Part shown: positions 13,801 to 28,800 of the stretch, piece by piece | Layout: every line of letters begins with the position of its first letter | How positions within the stretch are numbered: the stretch's first letter is position 1 | Assembly: GCA_964016885.1 (NCBI GenBank) | Contig: OZ024740.1 | Coordinates: 405,418,001 to 405,482,000 of the forward strand | Reading direction: 5' to 3' | Length of the DNA: 64,000 nt | From: Eledone cirrhosa | Taxonomy: Eukaryota | Notes under the pieces: model-generated | Databases searched by the model: none | The model's input: only the letters and a program-made list of their open reading frames with translations | Told to the model about the DNA's origin: nothing | Translations under genes and position numbers: made by a program

Positions 13801-16800
13801 AATAATGATAATAATGGTTTCTGATTTAGGCAGAAGACCAGCAATTACACCAGTGTATTACTGGTACTTTATTTTATCGACCTCGTAAGGATGAAAGGCA
13901 AAGTTAACCTCAGCGCGATTTGAACTCAGACCATAAAGGGCCGTAACTCTTTGCTGTAAAGCATGGCGTCAGACCCTCTACCGATACTGCCAATCCATTT
14001 AGGCAGAAGGCCAACAATTTTTTGGAGGGGAAAGTCAATTAAATTGACCCCAGTGCATTACTGGTACTTTATTTTATCAACACCATAAGGACGAAAGGCA
14101 AACACCATAAGGACGAAAGCAAACACCATAAGGACGAAAGGCAAACACCATAAGGACGAAAGCAAACACCATAAGGACGAAAGGCAAACCCTGACGGAAT
14201 TTGAAATCAGAATGTAAAGGGACGTAACCATATGCCACAAAGCATGTTGGCCAATGCTCTTCCAATACTGCCAATCCACTGCCCTTTTAATAACCATGAT
14301 GATAATGATGATGATGATTTAGGCACAAGTCTAGCAATTTAGGGGGAAGGAAAAGTTGATTATATTGACCCCGGTACTTGACTGGTACTTTGTTTTATCG
14401 ACCTTGAAAGGATGAAAAGCAAAACTGACCTCAGTAAGATTTAAACTCAGAAGGTAAAGAACTGGAACAAATATCACAATTCTATTTGTTTGACATTCAG
14501 GCACAAGGTCACCAGTTTGGAGAAAGGCCAAAGTGGATTATATCAACCTTTGTATTTGACTAGTACTCTATTTTATTGATCCAAAAAGAACAAAAGGTAA
14601 AATTGACCATGGCAGGATTTGAACTCAGAATGCAAAGGGCCAGAATAAATACTGCAATAGTATTTTATCCAACACAATACCAATTCTGCTAATTCAATAA
14701 TAAATTACCAACATACAGTATTTCCACTTTATTAGATTTTTTTTCTTTTTTTTTTTTTGCTAAGTCACTGGCCTTTTCCAAGACAGGTGAGATTGTTACT
14801 GTTGATGTTCTGCTGAAACTGTAACATGAAAACACCTGCAGGAATGACAAGTAAGTTAGACATTTCAGAAAGCCAACATTCTGGGTAAGAAGGACTGGAC
14901 ATTTTAGTTAGTGTGGAGGCCTGAATGAGGGTGGGCCTAATATGTGTGATGAGAGGAGGGGAGATATGTGTGGTGCTCCTTCATCCTTTGATTAACCTAT
15001 ATTTTTTTCTCTTTTTTTTTAATATGCTGTTGTGGCTTGTAATGGTTATGAACAAAGCTCTTTCATCTTTAGATCAACTTTTAAAAAAAGGATACCACAT
15101 AAATAACAACTTATGGGAAACATAAGGGTTAGAAACAGTATCATATAACTAAAAACATGTATTCAGGAACGTGTGTATCTGGTTTAGAATTGGTACACTG
15201 TGTCCTTATATGCTGTAAGCATCAAAAAGGGTTGGTGTCAGGTCGGGCAACCAACTATAAAACATTGCCTCAAAAGTCCTGTCCAAACCATACCAGCATG
15301 GAAAAGTTGGTGTAGAAATGATGATGATTATGATTATGATTCTGTGTTTGGAAATAATTCACAAGAAGTTACACTTACCACTGGTTTTACTTTGTACTTT
15401 TCAAGAGATTCTAATGGAGAAGGGAGTGGGGCTGCCTGAAATTTTTGTTTGGGTAAATCTTGAGGTATATTTGTGGAATAAGTTGAACAAAGAACATTTT
15501 TCTTTGAAAGAATTTTATCGCTTTCTACAGGCATGTTGCGATTTTCTAAAATAGTATTTACAGCAGTTTTATTATTTTGAGCCCTAAAATTAGACCCAAA
15601 AGTATTGTCTACTTTAACTGCACTTTCATTTACATATTTTGTTGTTGGATAACTTGAAGATTTTTTAAAAGTATTATTATTGTCTATTTTCTCAGTAATT
15701 TTTACTTCTGTTTTCATCCCATATTTGGTTCGATTTTCATATTTACAGGTAGATTTCTTGGCAACCACCGTTGTCCATTGGGCACCTAAATCATCATCTA
15801 TCGAATAGCAATCTTTATTTATATTTGTATTTATATTTGTATTATGTTCCATCTCATTATGAGATTTAGAAAGCAAATCTTCAGAGGCAGTTTTCATATT
15901 TTCAATTGGTGTATCACAAATAGAGTCTAAGCTACTTTCATTTGGAGATAAAACTATGTCCTGTGGGTTTTTTGATGTGTTCATTAGTAACATTTTTTTG
16001 CATGTCTTTCTGTTCAATTCAGTTGGTGATAAAAGTGACTGGTGACATGCATTGTCAACTCTGAGTTTTGCTGAATGAGTATCGTGCATTTCTTGTTCTA
16101 CATCTTTAAAAATGCAATCTGAAGAACCTTTATTTTTATTATTAGCCTGGACATCATTGTTGGTCTCAGAGAGAGGATTTCCAAAAATCTGTCGAGATTG
16201 TTGTGGATGGTGTTTCCTCTTTAGCTGCTTTTTCACGATTTTCTTCTCTTTCTTTTTGTTCAGTCGTATTTCATCACCCAAAAGCTGTGCAATAGTCTCT
16301 TGTTGTTTTTCATAGGCTATTGTATTGAAGTATTCTATAAAATTGGTCCATATCTAGGGGAAAAAAATCACAAAATTTCAAAAATTAATTTGGTTAAGTT
16401 TATGATATGTGAAAGAAAATATTCTGGTTTTAGAATAGGTACACAACATACCTGCATGTCATAAAAAGTGCCTAAAAGGGTTGGCATGTGGAAGGGCATC
16501 CAGCTGTAAAAATATGTCTCCAAATATCCCATCCAACCCAATGCCAGCATGGAAAAATTAAGGTTAAAATGATAATTGTCTCTACTTTTGGCACAAGGCC
16601 AGCAATTACCCAGTACATTACTGGTACTTTATTTTATCGACCCCGTAAGGATGAAAGGCAAAGTTAACCTCGGCGGGATTTGAACTCAGAATGATAAGGG
16701 CCGTAACTCTATGCGTCAAAGCATGGCATCCAACCCTCTACCGATACTGCCAATCCACCGCCTTAAGGTTAAAATGATAATGAGGGAATATCTAGGTTGA

Positions 16801-19800
16801 AAGTCCTCATTTACATGGTCATTTAATAGTTTGTTCTGGCAAGGTACAAAGCTAATTTTTGCAGGAAGATGATAGGATAAGTGTTGTCAATGAACCAATA
16901 TGTTGATACATATGTTACTGACCATCACAGTTAAAAGACAAAGTCAAACCTTGTGGGATTTGAACTCGGAACTTAGAACAAAACTAATACTGTAATCTAT
17001 TTCACTGAGAATAACATTTATTGGAAGAAGTATAAATAACTTAATATTTGCCAGTTGTCGACTGGTACATCATATAAGAAGGCTGGAAAGCAAAGTTATA
17101 ATCAGGATTTTTAGCATAACTGGGTAAGGGTCATCACTAGATACAGGCACTCAACCATTTCTTTAAATCTAGTAGATTAAATAAGAGTTTCTTACATCAA
17201 TAAAAGATCATACATTTCATTGACCCTGATGAGATGAAAGGCAAAGCAAACCCTTGAAAGATTTGATCTAACAATATAGAGCAGTGAGAAAAAATACCAT
17301 ATAATATTTGGCCTATTATGCTCTCGTTCTTGTTAACTTTCTCCCTTACTCCTACCAGTCTTAGTGGCCCCTAAAACATAAAGGGTTATGGGTGTTAGTC
17401 TTCTCTACTTAGCATGAAATAAAATCTTGCTCTCATTAACAGATTGAGTAATGACAGAGCACAAGGCCTATTCTTGAAAAGCAAGATGCTTCAATATCAA
17501 ACCAAATTAGCATATTGCTGGTAATTATTTTAGCAACAATATCAGGTAAAATCATAGAAAATATCATAACTTGTCATTTAATATAAATATCGTATGCTTT
17601 GTCATAATTGTTAAAATAATTCATGTCGGAATGAATGTTTCTTAGTGGTTGAGCCAGAAGAGGAAAGGCAGCACCCATAGACAAATGTTATGGACAATTA
17701 AGTCTACCATGCAAGAATAGGCACTGTTCAACCAACAGGATTTTAAGCTACCCAATTTTACCTACAATATTTGAGTAGTTCCAAGGTTACATAAATTCTG
17801 AAGCATTGAGAATCAATTATCTTAACCACAACCAAACCCTTTACTTCAGTTGACATTGCTAAAGATATTTTATAAAGACATACATGAAACAGCTCCCAGT
17901 TACTTGTCCTTGAAAGGAAATAGTTTTAATCCTTCAATCATAAATACTCGTATTTAAGAATCCTGAAACAGAAAAGGTGTTCGCCTTTTTCATCTAAGAG
18001 ATAAAGAAAAATAGTTTTCTTTTACATTATGAAATCAAAACAGTTATTTTTATTTCCTTTCTCTGATTTAAAGGTCTTTGAACTTAAAAATAAAATCAAT
18101 ATATCTTAAACAGCTACGTTTTTTCTATAGAATCCATTCGGGGTAAAACCCACACACATCATTGCCGGGAGCTTTCTGTGGATATTGAAATGGGATGCAG
18201 TAAACATTATAAGAAAAAGTTGAATAGGGGTATCTAACATAAATACCATGTATTGCAATGAGAGGCATGGCTGAATGGTTAAAAGTTTGCTTCACAATCA
18301 TGAAGTTTGCTTCACAATCATGAAGTTTCAAGTTCAATCACAATGAGCAAGTGTTTTTACCATAGCTTCAGGCCAACTCAAGCCTTTTGAGTGAAATTGC
18401 ATAAATGAAAACTGTGGATTTATTTTACATGTATTTCAAAAAGCTCAATCTTGTCATATATTGTACCATGCTGATTTGACTTAAGAATTATGTTACAGGT
18501 ACACATATCAGTGGAATACTTTTACACATTAATTCACAAGTTGGGTTTTTAGTTGATTGAACCACTAAATGCTCATCTTCAAAACTGATGGAGGATCTAT
18601 CACATTAATCTGGTCATCTTCAAAGATTTTACATCAACTTTTCCATGCTAGCATGGGTTTGACAGAACTTTTCAAAGCAATGTTTTACAACTGGATGCCA
18701 TTCCTGACACTGACCCTTCCTGTCCCTTCTTATGACATGCAGGGATATGGTATACCTATTCTAAACCGAGCGAGACACGGTCACCCGACCAATCTTGCCT
18801 CAAGTGGGACAATTCCCGTCTAAACCTATGCTAGTGTGGAAGATAGACGTTAAATGATGATGATGATGATACACACAAGATGCTTATAAATAATGCAGTA
18901 AGTATGAAATCCATATAAATCTAGTTGATATATATCACACTGATTGTTACTCATAGCAGATACTAGTCTATACACTCCTTTAATATACCTTGTATTGGCA
19001 TTGAATAATCGATGCTAAATTTCTTAAAGGAATTTATTAAAAGGGATTCAAGACAATTATAGAAAATTACATTGTATCATTGAAAATTATTTCCATCATG
19101 ACATCATACGTAAGACAGCTTACTGCTGGAATAGACATTGGGTTCAAATTCAGAATTAATTCAGATTAACCTTGGGGTTATCTTTACGGTTAATATGATT
19201 AAAATAGAGGTTAGAATTTTAGATCCCAATTATGGTTTTCTTTTATTCTCATAATCAAGAAATGGCATTGTTGAACCTGTCCATATTCAATCCCATCACT
19301 ACCATCCTTATCACTTGACGTCTCTCTTCCATCAAGAAGCCTATGTGTGGCGAAATGAATCAGAACTCTCCATATCTAATTCATCCTACCATCAACTCTT
19401 TATTTGATGCCAGCCATCACTCCCTTACCTCCAAACTACATGTTATTGACATCCATCACTCTCTAACCCTCACCTATCACTGGCAAACATGCAACTGCTA
19501 CTACTGTCTCTTTTCCATTAGCCCCTCCTCTACTTTCTTCCCTCCACCCACTCTGTTTCATCCATCATACTATTGCTCACCTCACTGGGTCTTATGTAAT
19601 CATCACTATCTTCTGTTCATCCTCTTCATCACATTACTTTGAACAAACACTGTAGAGTAGTGAGGGTTCTTTAGTCTTGTGAGGCATGAGGCAACCTCAC
19701 TAATGCTGGTACCACAATGAAATGCACTCAGTACACTCTGTAATGTAGTTGGTGATTGAGTCGAGACAATGTGAGGATGAGAAGCTCTTTTAGTCTAACT

Positions 19801-22800
19801 AACGACATGAGAATTTCTTTAGTGTTGGTGCCACAATAGAATGTACCCAGTACACTCTAGAATGATTGGCTTTAGGTAGGGCCTTCAACTATGGAAACCA
19901 TGCCAAAAATGGAATGTTTGAATGAGATGTAGCCCTTCAACCAGTCTAGAAAGGCAGTAACTTCAAATAAGAACCATGTCAGGGCATGGACAGACTCCAA
20001 TGCCAACAACAATTGTGTAATTTGTTGAATTCTGAATTTAATTCCAAACTTGATGTTTTCAATCCTCAACACATAACCATTAACTGTATGCATCATTATC
20101 ATCATCATCATCACCATTTAACCTCTATTTTCCATGCTTACATGGGTTAGACGAGTTCTCTCATGCTGTGGTCAGACTAGTCAGGAGATCATGTCTTCCT
20201 TGTATGTTCCATTTTTTTTTGGTTTCTACAGATAGACGTCCTTCTTAATGCCAACTATTTTACTGCATGCACTGGGAGCATTTTAATGTGACTCTAGCAC
20301 TACTAACCTATGGGTGGACTGGGTGTTCTTTGTCATGGCACCAGCACTACCCCTTTACAATGTGGACTGGGAGCTTTTCGTCGTGACAAGTGGACTGGGT
20401 ACTTTTTATTGACACCAGCATTAACTTATTACAACACGAGTGCACTCAGTGTTCCGTTGGCCATGCTGGGGAAGCATTGATGAAAATAAGGTAGATGTAA
20501 AATGGATATGGAGGTTGGCTGCATGTTACTTGCTGAGGGAGTGGGGAGGTGGTCATTCCATGGTGGGAGAGGAAGCGTCAGGTTATGGAGGTGGCTTTGA
20601 AGGAAGTGAGAGTCCAACACCCAATACATTTTTACAGCAACTTGTGCTACTAACCTATACTTTGTAATCCAGCACTTAACTGAGGCTCATACATTTAGTA
20701 AGATTTATTTTAAATATGACTTTGTCAAAGGAAGACCACAGCAATTACCTTTTTCAGGGATTATGAGACTAGTGGGAGACAGTTTTCCCCACACTGGAAA
20801 TGGACCCATTGCCAAAGGAGAAGCTGGTGGCCTGAGATGGAACTGTCCCCCACTTGTAAAATGGCACCCCCTCATATTTAGAAACATTTACAGTAATATG
20901 CTTATTCCAAAATTCTGCCTTAGAATTATTACAAAGACATTTGAACCAGAAACAATGTGCTTGCAAAACAAACTTCTAAACTACACAAGGACACCTGCAA
21001 TGGATTTGAACTCTAAACATATGAGCTTGTAGTCAATACCATAACTATTCAGTCATTTTTGCTTCTATTTTTTTTTTTACGTTGTCTTGTCACAATATAT
21101 ATATATCAGTCATGCAAGGAAATCAGTTGAGAAATATTTTCTCTGGGGCGGAACTTTTCATCTCCTCTTCTTAACTCTAAGGAAACTAGAGCCAAACAAT
21201 CATTGCAACTTGAGAATAGATAACAGGTTATATAATTATTGATCTTATAATCTGTGCCAACCTGTTAAAATTGCCTGTGCCAACCTGTTAAAACCACCCA
21301 CTTTGAACAGTTCTTATTTAGATTATAACACTCCAGCATAATTTTATTTAAGTTATGTTACAAACAACATTAACAAGACTTTCTGGAAAAGTACAAAACA
21401 GCACTATGATTGCATCATATTAAAAATTAAAGTCTTACTTTACTGCAAATGTTCTCAATGATCTGTCCACTAGCAAAGATACTGTCAAACATTTGAATTA
21501 ACAAACCTATTTTTAGACATTTTTATTAAATCATTACAGGATATTAAGAGTTAATAAATGAAATAATCAATGATTTTAGTAAATCCATCTAAATTATCTA
21601 TCAATTAAAATACAGAATATTTCATTAGAAATACAATCACAAAAGTGTTAAAATTCAACTACCATAAAACCTTTATTGACAAATAAATACTTGCCTTTTT
21701 ATGGATTGATTGAGATCCTTTACCAGAGAGTTTTATGGTGAACATCAAGAAGTAATTTTCCAGGCAACAATCTTGGAAACTTTGCACTAATGGCAACAGT
21801 CTCATGACATTATTTCTAAGCCACTCTTTTCCAGAATTTACTTCAGACAAAAATAATATTGGAAGAAGACATGCGGTTGAACAAAAGTAATTTTTATTCC
21901 CATCTTTCTGATGAAAAGCAGCTGCCTGATAAAAGAAAAATATAATATTAAAAACAATACATATCAATTCATCAATTGTTTTCATGATCATCATCATCAT
22001 CGATTAACGTCTATCTTCCACGCTAGCATGGGTTAGACGGGTTTGTCCCATTTAGAGGCAAGTTGCGTCAGGTGACTGTGTCTCGCTCATATAGGAGAGT
22101 TTCTGGCTGATTTTCTATGGCTGGATGCCCTTCCTAATGCCAACCACATTTACAGTGTGTGCTGGGTGCTTTTTGTTGTGACATCTACATGATCACTTTA
22201 CAGAGTGGGCTGGGCACCTTTGTTGTGTCACTGACACAACACAGTGGGGCCTGGGCACTTTTGTCTTGGGACTAGGGAGGGTGGAGGGGCTTGGGGGGGG
22301 GAATAATATGGACAGGGTAGTAGGGGAGGTATGGTTACCACTAAGGGAGGTGAATGAGAGGGGATAGAAGGTTGAGAAAGGTGTTGCATCCTGAGAATAA
22401 TAGAGGGAGGGTCTTCCATAAAACTGTATAGCACCAGAGGTTGCAGTCCTGAGTCATTGCCTTTGTCATTGTATTATTCCATTCAAAAGAAAGTCATTTT
22501 CCCTTATTTTTATAAATTAAAAGTTCTGTATGTGTAAAATATCCTTTACATAATTATCACCTTGGCAGTATCGGTAGAGCATCAGACACCATGCTTTGCA
22601 GCATAGAGTTATGGCCATTTATGTTCTGATTTCAAATCTCATTGAGGTTAGCTTTGCCTTTCATCCTTATGGGGTCGTAAAATAAAGTACCAGTAACGTA
22701 CTGGGGTCAATTTAATCGACTTTCCCCTCCCCCAAAATGCTGGCCTTGTGCCTAAATCAGAAACCATTATTTTAGCTATCTCCTCTGTCATAAACAGTTT

Positions 22801-25800
22801 TAGTGAATCAGTCCTAATTTCATTTTCATTTTTCTCACATTCTTTCTGCTTCCTTTGAAAAGCTTTACAAAATGGACATTTCAGGTCAAGTCAATGAAAG
22901 TAATCTATTTTTCAGATACAGATTAAATGTTATTTTTTTAACACTGCACAAGTGTTGATCAGAAAATGTTCAAATATCTTATTACATTTTCAAACTGTGG
23001 AGTATTTTGATTGCTTCCAATACTTTGGACAAAAATGTTATTAAAGAAGGCTTGTGACATGATATTTAACATTTTGAACCCACTAGCCCAAGGTTATAGC
23101 CATAACAATGTTTGACTATATCCCACCAGCCCAGTATTCTAGTCCCAACAATATTTCACTATATCCCACCAGCCCGGTATTCTAGTCCCAACAATATTTC
23201 ACTATATCCCACCAGCCCGGTATTCTAGTCCCAACAATATTTCACTATATCCCACCAGCCCGGTATTCTAGTCCCAACAATATTTCACTATATCCCACCA
23301 GCCCAGTAGTGTAGTCCCAACAATATTTGACTATAACCCACCAGCCTGCTATTCTTGTCATAATCACATTTGACTATATCCCACCAACCCAGTATTTACC
23401 ATGTCTGACACAACTGAAGAGTTTTCTAAATCCTTCATTTGGCAGGTTTTCTATAGCTGGATGTCCTGCCTATCACCAACCACTTTACTGAGTGTGTTTT
23501 ACAGTGACACCAACACTAGAGAGGTTGTTGTGCCTTTGACACACAATTGAAGAATCGTCTCAACCCTTTTTTTAGCATAGTTTCTATAGCTGTTTGTATT
23601 TTTTTTTAAATTGATTTCATAAATTTTATGCTGCTAACAAAACTCAATTTACAGAGTAATGCATATATTTGACATATTTCATCATCATCATCATCATCAC
23701 CGTTTTACGTCCGTTCTTCCATGCTAGCATGGGTTAGACGGGTTGTCCTGTTGTGGGCAGTGTCTGGTCGGCTGACCATGCCTTGCTCATACAGGAACTG
23801 ATTTGGCTTGATTTCTACAGCTGGATGCCCTTCCTAACACCAACCTCATTTACAGTGAGTGCTGGGTGCTTTTTCCGTGGTGCCTACACGTCCACTTTAC
23901 AGTGTGGGCTGGGTGCTTTTTTGCCGTGGCACCTCCACGACCACCTTGCAGTGGGAGGGTGTGGGGGCATATTGTTTATATGCTTCAGCTTGTACCCATG
24001 GGAGGTCGGGTACTATGTATTACTGCGTGATGCCAGAGGTCACGGTCGTGTGTCATTGCCTTTGAGAGGTGTAATTGGAAAAGGTCGCGTTTATCACCTC
24101 ATCCCAGGTCTTCTTGGATCTCCCTACTCCGCGGTCTCCATTGACTTCTAGTGCTCTGCACCTTTTTATGCAGCTGTCATCCTTCATACGCATCACATGT
24201 CCATACCAACGCAACCGCCTCTCCTGCACACAGCATTTGATTCCTCTTATGCTCAGTCTCTCTCAATTCATTTATGCTTTGTCGTTCGCGTATATTACTA
24301 TTACACATCCATTGGAGCATGGAGGCTTCGTTTCTTTCTAATCTACGTAAGTCTTCCACCTTCAGCGCCCAGGTCTCACTACCATGTAACATTGCTGTTT
24401 GGATACACGCATCATACAGTCTGCCTTTCATTTTGAGGGAGAAGCCTTTTGCAGCTAGCGGTGGCAGTAGTTCCCTGAACTTCTTCCATCCCGTTCTTAC
24501 CCTAGTTATTGTACTTTCTGAACACCCACCTCCGCTGCTAATTCGGTCACCTAGGTAGCAGAAGCTGTCTACTGTTTCTACAGAGCCCTCCCAGAGATTG
24601 GTGGTACTTGTTTCCTGTGGCTGTTTGCTGCTTGCTGTCCCAGCACAGCTGCTGCATGTGAAGCCTACATTCTTAATTAAGCTTACTGAGATCCCGCTAC
24701 ATCTCTTGTGTACCCATTGTTTGCATTTGGGGCAGAGAATAGAGTTCCTACCTACATCTTTCCTACATACTGAGCAAGGCCATTTCCCTGAGGGGATCTG
24801 GGTTCTGTTTTCTCGTCTACTTACAAGGACCTTAGTCTTTGTCATGTTGACTTTGAGACCCTTTCTTTCTAGTCCCTGCTTCCAAGTTTGGAATTTCTTC
24901 TCTAGTTCTACCATAGATTCAGCTATAAGTGCAAGGTCATCATCATACAGGAGTTCCCATGGGCATCCGGTCTTAAACTCCTCCGTTATTGCCTGCAGGA
25001 CTATGATGAACAGGAGAGGGCTAAGAACAGAGCCCTGGTGGACACCAACCTGTACGCTATGTCTATATACTAACAAATGTGTAACTTTACAGACATATTT
25101 CTGCAATTTGGTTACCTTTATACTGTATATATGCATCATCATCATTGTGTGTATCATCATCATCATCTTCGTTTAACGTCCATCTTCCACGCTAGCATGG
25201 GTTAGACAGGAGTTGTCCCACTTGAGGCAAGGTTGGTCGGGTGACTGTGTCTCGCTGATATAGGACTATCTGGCAGGTTTTCTACGGCTGGATGCCCTTC
25301 CTAACACCAACCACATTTAGTGTGGAACTGGGAACTTTTTACCATGTTACCTACACGGCCACATTACAGCGTGGACTGTGTGTTTTTTTGTCATGACACC
25401 TACACGATCTCGATCTCATTATCTCATTTATTTGGACTGGATGTTGTGGTACCAACTTTACAGAGAGAGGGTGGTGTATATAACTTTATCCATCAACTAG
25501 TGATTTATTGCCTATTGTTTCATCTAAGTAAACCTTTCTTCAGATTGTACTCAATCTATAGCTTAAATTCCTATTACACATCTCAAAGTTCAAAACAGTC
25601 AATGAACAAATAAATTAATTGGATCTTTAAGTAAAGCTACAATATATTGAATGTCAAGGAAAATATATTATCTATATAAGTAAAAGTCAAATCGTATCTG
25701 TCTGTCCGTGTGTCAGTCTGATCGTGAGATGAATGAGTTAAAACAAAGGAAGGGGATGGTGAAAATTCTATGGTGAAAACAAAAATCAGAGTTTCAACTT

Positions 25801-28800
25801 TTGCACAAAGCTCTGTTAGTGTGTGTGTGTGAATGTATGAGTGTGTAAAAGGGGGGAAGGGAGATGGTGTAAAAACTATGCCCTCTGTGAGTGTATGTGT
25901 TTCCAAAGGAGAATGAACTGGTGAGTAAATGATTATGATCATCATTGTCATCATCATCGTCATCATCATCACCATCATTATCTAAATCATCATCATCACC
26001 ATCATTATCTAAATCATCATCATCATCACCATCATTATCTAAATCATCATCATCACCATCATTATCTAAATCATCATCATCATCACCATCAAAATCATCA
26101 TCATCATCATCATCTTAAGACTATGTTAAGGGACAGTATGGCATTGGGAACATAGGATGGTAAAATATGGCAATGGGGAGATAGTGTGGAAAAGTACAGC
26201 ACTTCGGAGCTAGGGTGCCGTACTATGGCACTACGGAGCTAGGGTGGCACACTATGGAACTGGGAAGCTTCAGTAATACAATATGGAAATATGGAGCAAG
26301 GGTGACCTCCCTACGACAATGAAGAGATAGTGTGGGAAAATATGGCACTTTGAAGCTAGAGTGCCGCCCTATGGCACTGTAGAGCTAGGGTGTCGCACTA
26401 TGGCACTGGGGAGCTTCAGTGACACATTATGAAAATATGGAGCTAGGGTGAACCCCTATTGCAATGGGGAGATAGTGTAAGAAAGTATGGCTAGGTTGCC
26501 ACAATTGTCAATAGGGAGCTAGTGTGACCCCATATGGCAATGGGGAGATAGGGTGGCAAAATATAACACTTCAGAGCTAGCAAATAAATAATCATCAATT
26601 GTGTCAGCAAAAATAACAACAACCTACACCATTACTACCTCTATGGTATATGGCTGAAGAATGGTCTCTGTGTCATGGTTGGAGAGAGAGAGAGTGAAAG
26701 AGAGGAGAGAGAGAGTGAGAGAGAATGAAAGGAATAGGGCATAAAGCATATGATGAGATGGGAGAGGTAAAGTTGAAGAACATAAAATAAAATAAAAACT
26801 ACTTTTAAAATCATAAATAATGGACATATTTTAAATAGGATCTACTTAAAGAATTAGAGATATTACCTTAAGAAAGAAATCTGGTCCACCAGCATGGAGA
26901 AATTGCAGAACAAAACGATAGGTAATCTCTAGTTGACAAGACACAAAATTAAATTTAAGACAACAGTTGACACATAAGAGGCTGATAAAAGTCACTGTTT
27001 CACATTTACTGACAAACATTTGTAGACTACTTAGGACATTAGCTATCACTTTTAGTTTGTAATATACTTTCATAATATATGCATCTTTCTCAACCAGTTG
27101 AGCTGTGGCCATCAAACACAGAAGAATCCAGCCATAATATTCAATTTTCTCAGCTTCACTGCAATCCTTTGGAGCACGAATTTTCTCCAAAAGGTTCTGA
27201 AAAACAAAAATATCAGTGTAAACAACATAATATGAAATGACTTGGAGTGATGAGTGTGTAAAAACTTTTCATAAAAGTGTAGGAATCTCAAATATGGAAA
27301 TAGCTGTAAAACAGCCAGCTGCTATGAATAACAAGGAGTCAGGTTATAACTTTAAACCTCTTATGAACGGTAGAATGCTCAGAGAAGAGAGACTAATGAG
27401 GTTTGCATTGATATTCTCCTTTAAATATGAATAGGTCATTTTGGGTGGGTTGCTGTTATTAAACCAAAACATTTCAGGTGATTTGGGGCAAGTTGATACT
27501 GAAAAGATTAAATGCTTACAAGTAAACACAAACATTTCTGTTCTTAATATTCCCTACTGAAATAAGGCAGGTAGGTGGGGGCTCCTATATTTCAAGTATG
27601 ATACTTTACAAACACTAAAATACATAAAATTGTTACCTTCACATACTGCCTACACTCATTAGCAGTAAGTTTATTAAGCATTTGCTGAGCAGTGCACCAC
27701 ATTAATGACTGGTAGGCATGGCAGATGGGTGTTTCTTCATACTGAAAATAAATACATATCGAAGTTCAATGGCAATGGTGATGATGACAACAAGAATAAT
27801 AAAAATACAAGGAGAGAGAGGAGGAGAAAGTGAAGGTGATGAAGGAAGATAAAGACGTACATATAAGAACTGATACCTTTATAGCTATGACTACTACATA
27901 AGTTGGTCTCTTCCCTTCAAAATTTTAACATTGCTGCCACCACCACTGTCACACTCTCTTTTACATATATTCCAGCATGACAGACTCTTTACATGACAGG
28001 AACACCAGCTTTAATTGTCATATCTTTTACGTTCAGCTTAGAACTTAGTGATAAACTTTCTTGGGGCTTCTAATTTATAGTATTCACTTCTGAATACTCT
28101 TAATTTACATTATTCATTTCCTTTCCTACTGTCTATTTTTCATTCTCATCACATCATCATTATCATAACCATCACTATTTCACGTATATTTTCCATACTT
28201 GCGTAGATTAGACAGGTTGTCATATTCTGAAGCTATACAAGTCAGATAGCTGTGTCTTGCTTATACATTCTATTTTGTCATGGTTTCTACAGCTGGATAC
28301 CCTTTCTAATGCCAACTACTTCACAACATATACTGAGTCCGTTTTCATGTGGCACCACCACTACTATTTGACAGAGTGAGCTGGATGCTTCTTTTTTTTT
28401 TTTTCATGATACCAGCACTACAATTTTACAGGATGGGCTGGGTACATTTAATGTATCATATTAGCATTGGTCCTCTGCAACTAAAAAACAAATATGTTTG
28501 GATCATATCTAGTTGGACAGATGAGAGACTCCCAGCTGAAACTCTCAACTGTTTATGTCCCATCATCAGCAGTATTTTAACTCATCTTTATGGCTGAAAC
28601 TTTTAACTACCAAATTTGAAGAAAGGATAAATTCAAAGTGACAAATTGGTAGAGTTGTTCAAGCATTGGATTAAATACCCTGGTTCAAATCCTGCTGCAG
28701 TAAGCTTTTCCTTTTATCCTTTCAGGGTTGATAAATAAAGTACCAATCCAGGGGTAGTGGATTGGTGGAATCATTAAAGAGTCACATGGGATGTTTTCCA

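Noticed and set aside
14078-14190. CRISPR-like short repeats
   Set aside because: Contiguous tandem units without spacers, SINE-derived, eukaryotic context.
17885-20975. Other candidate exons near 17.9, 18.2 and 20.9 kb
   Set aside because: In-frame stops or weak splice sites; cannot be supported without transcripts.
21439-21506. Possible exon (G)LLIQMFDSIFASGQIIENICSK
   Set aside because: Good donor but weak acceptor, and the phase does not fit the best upstream donor; left unresolved.
24598-25176. 192-aa plus-strand ORF
   Set aside because: Antisense to the RTE RT fragment.
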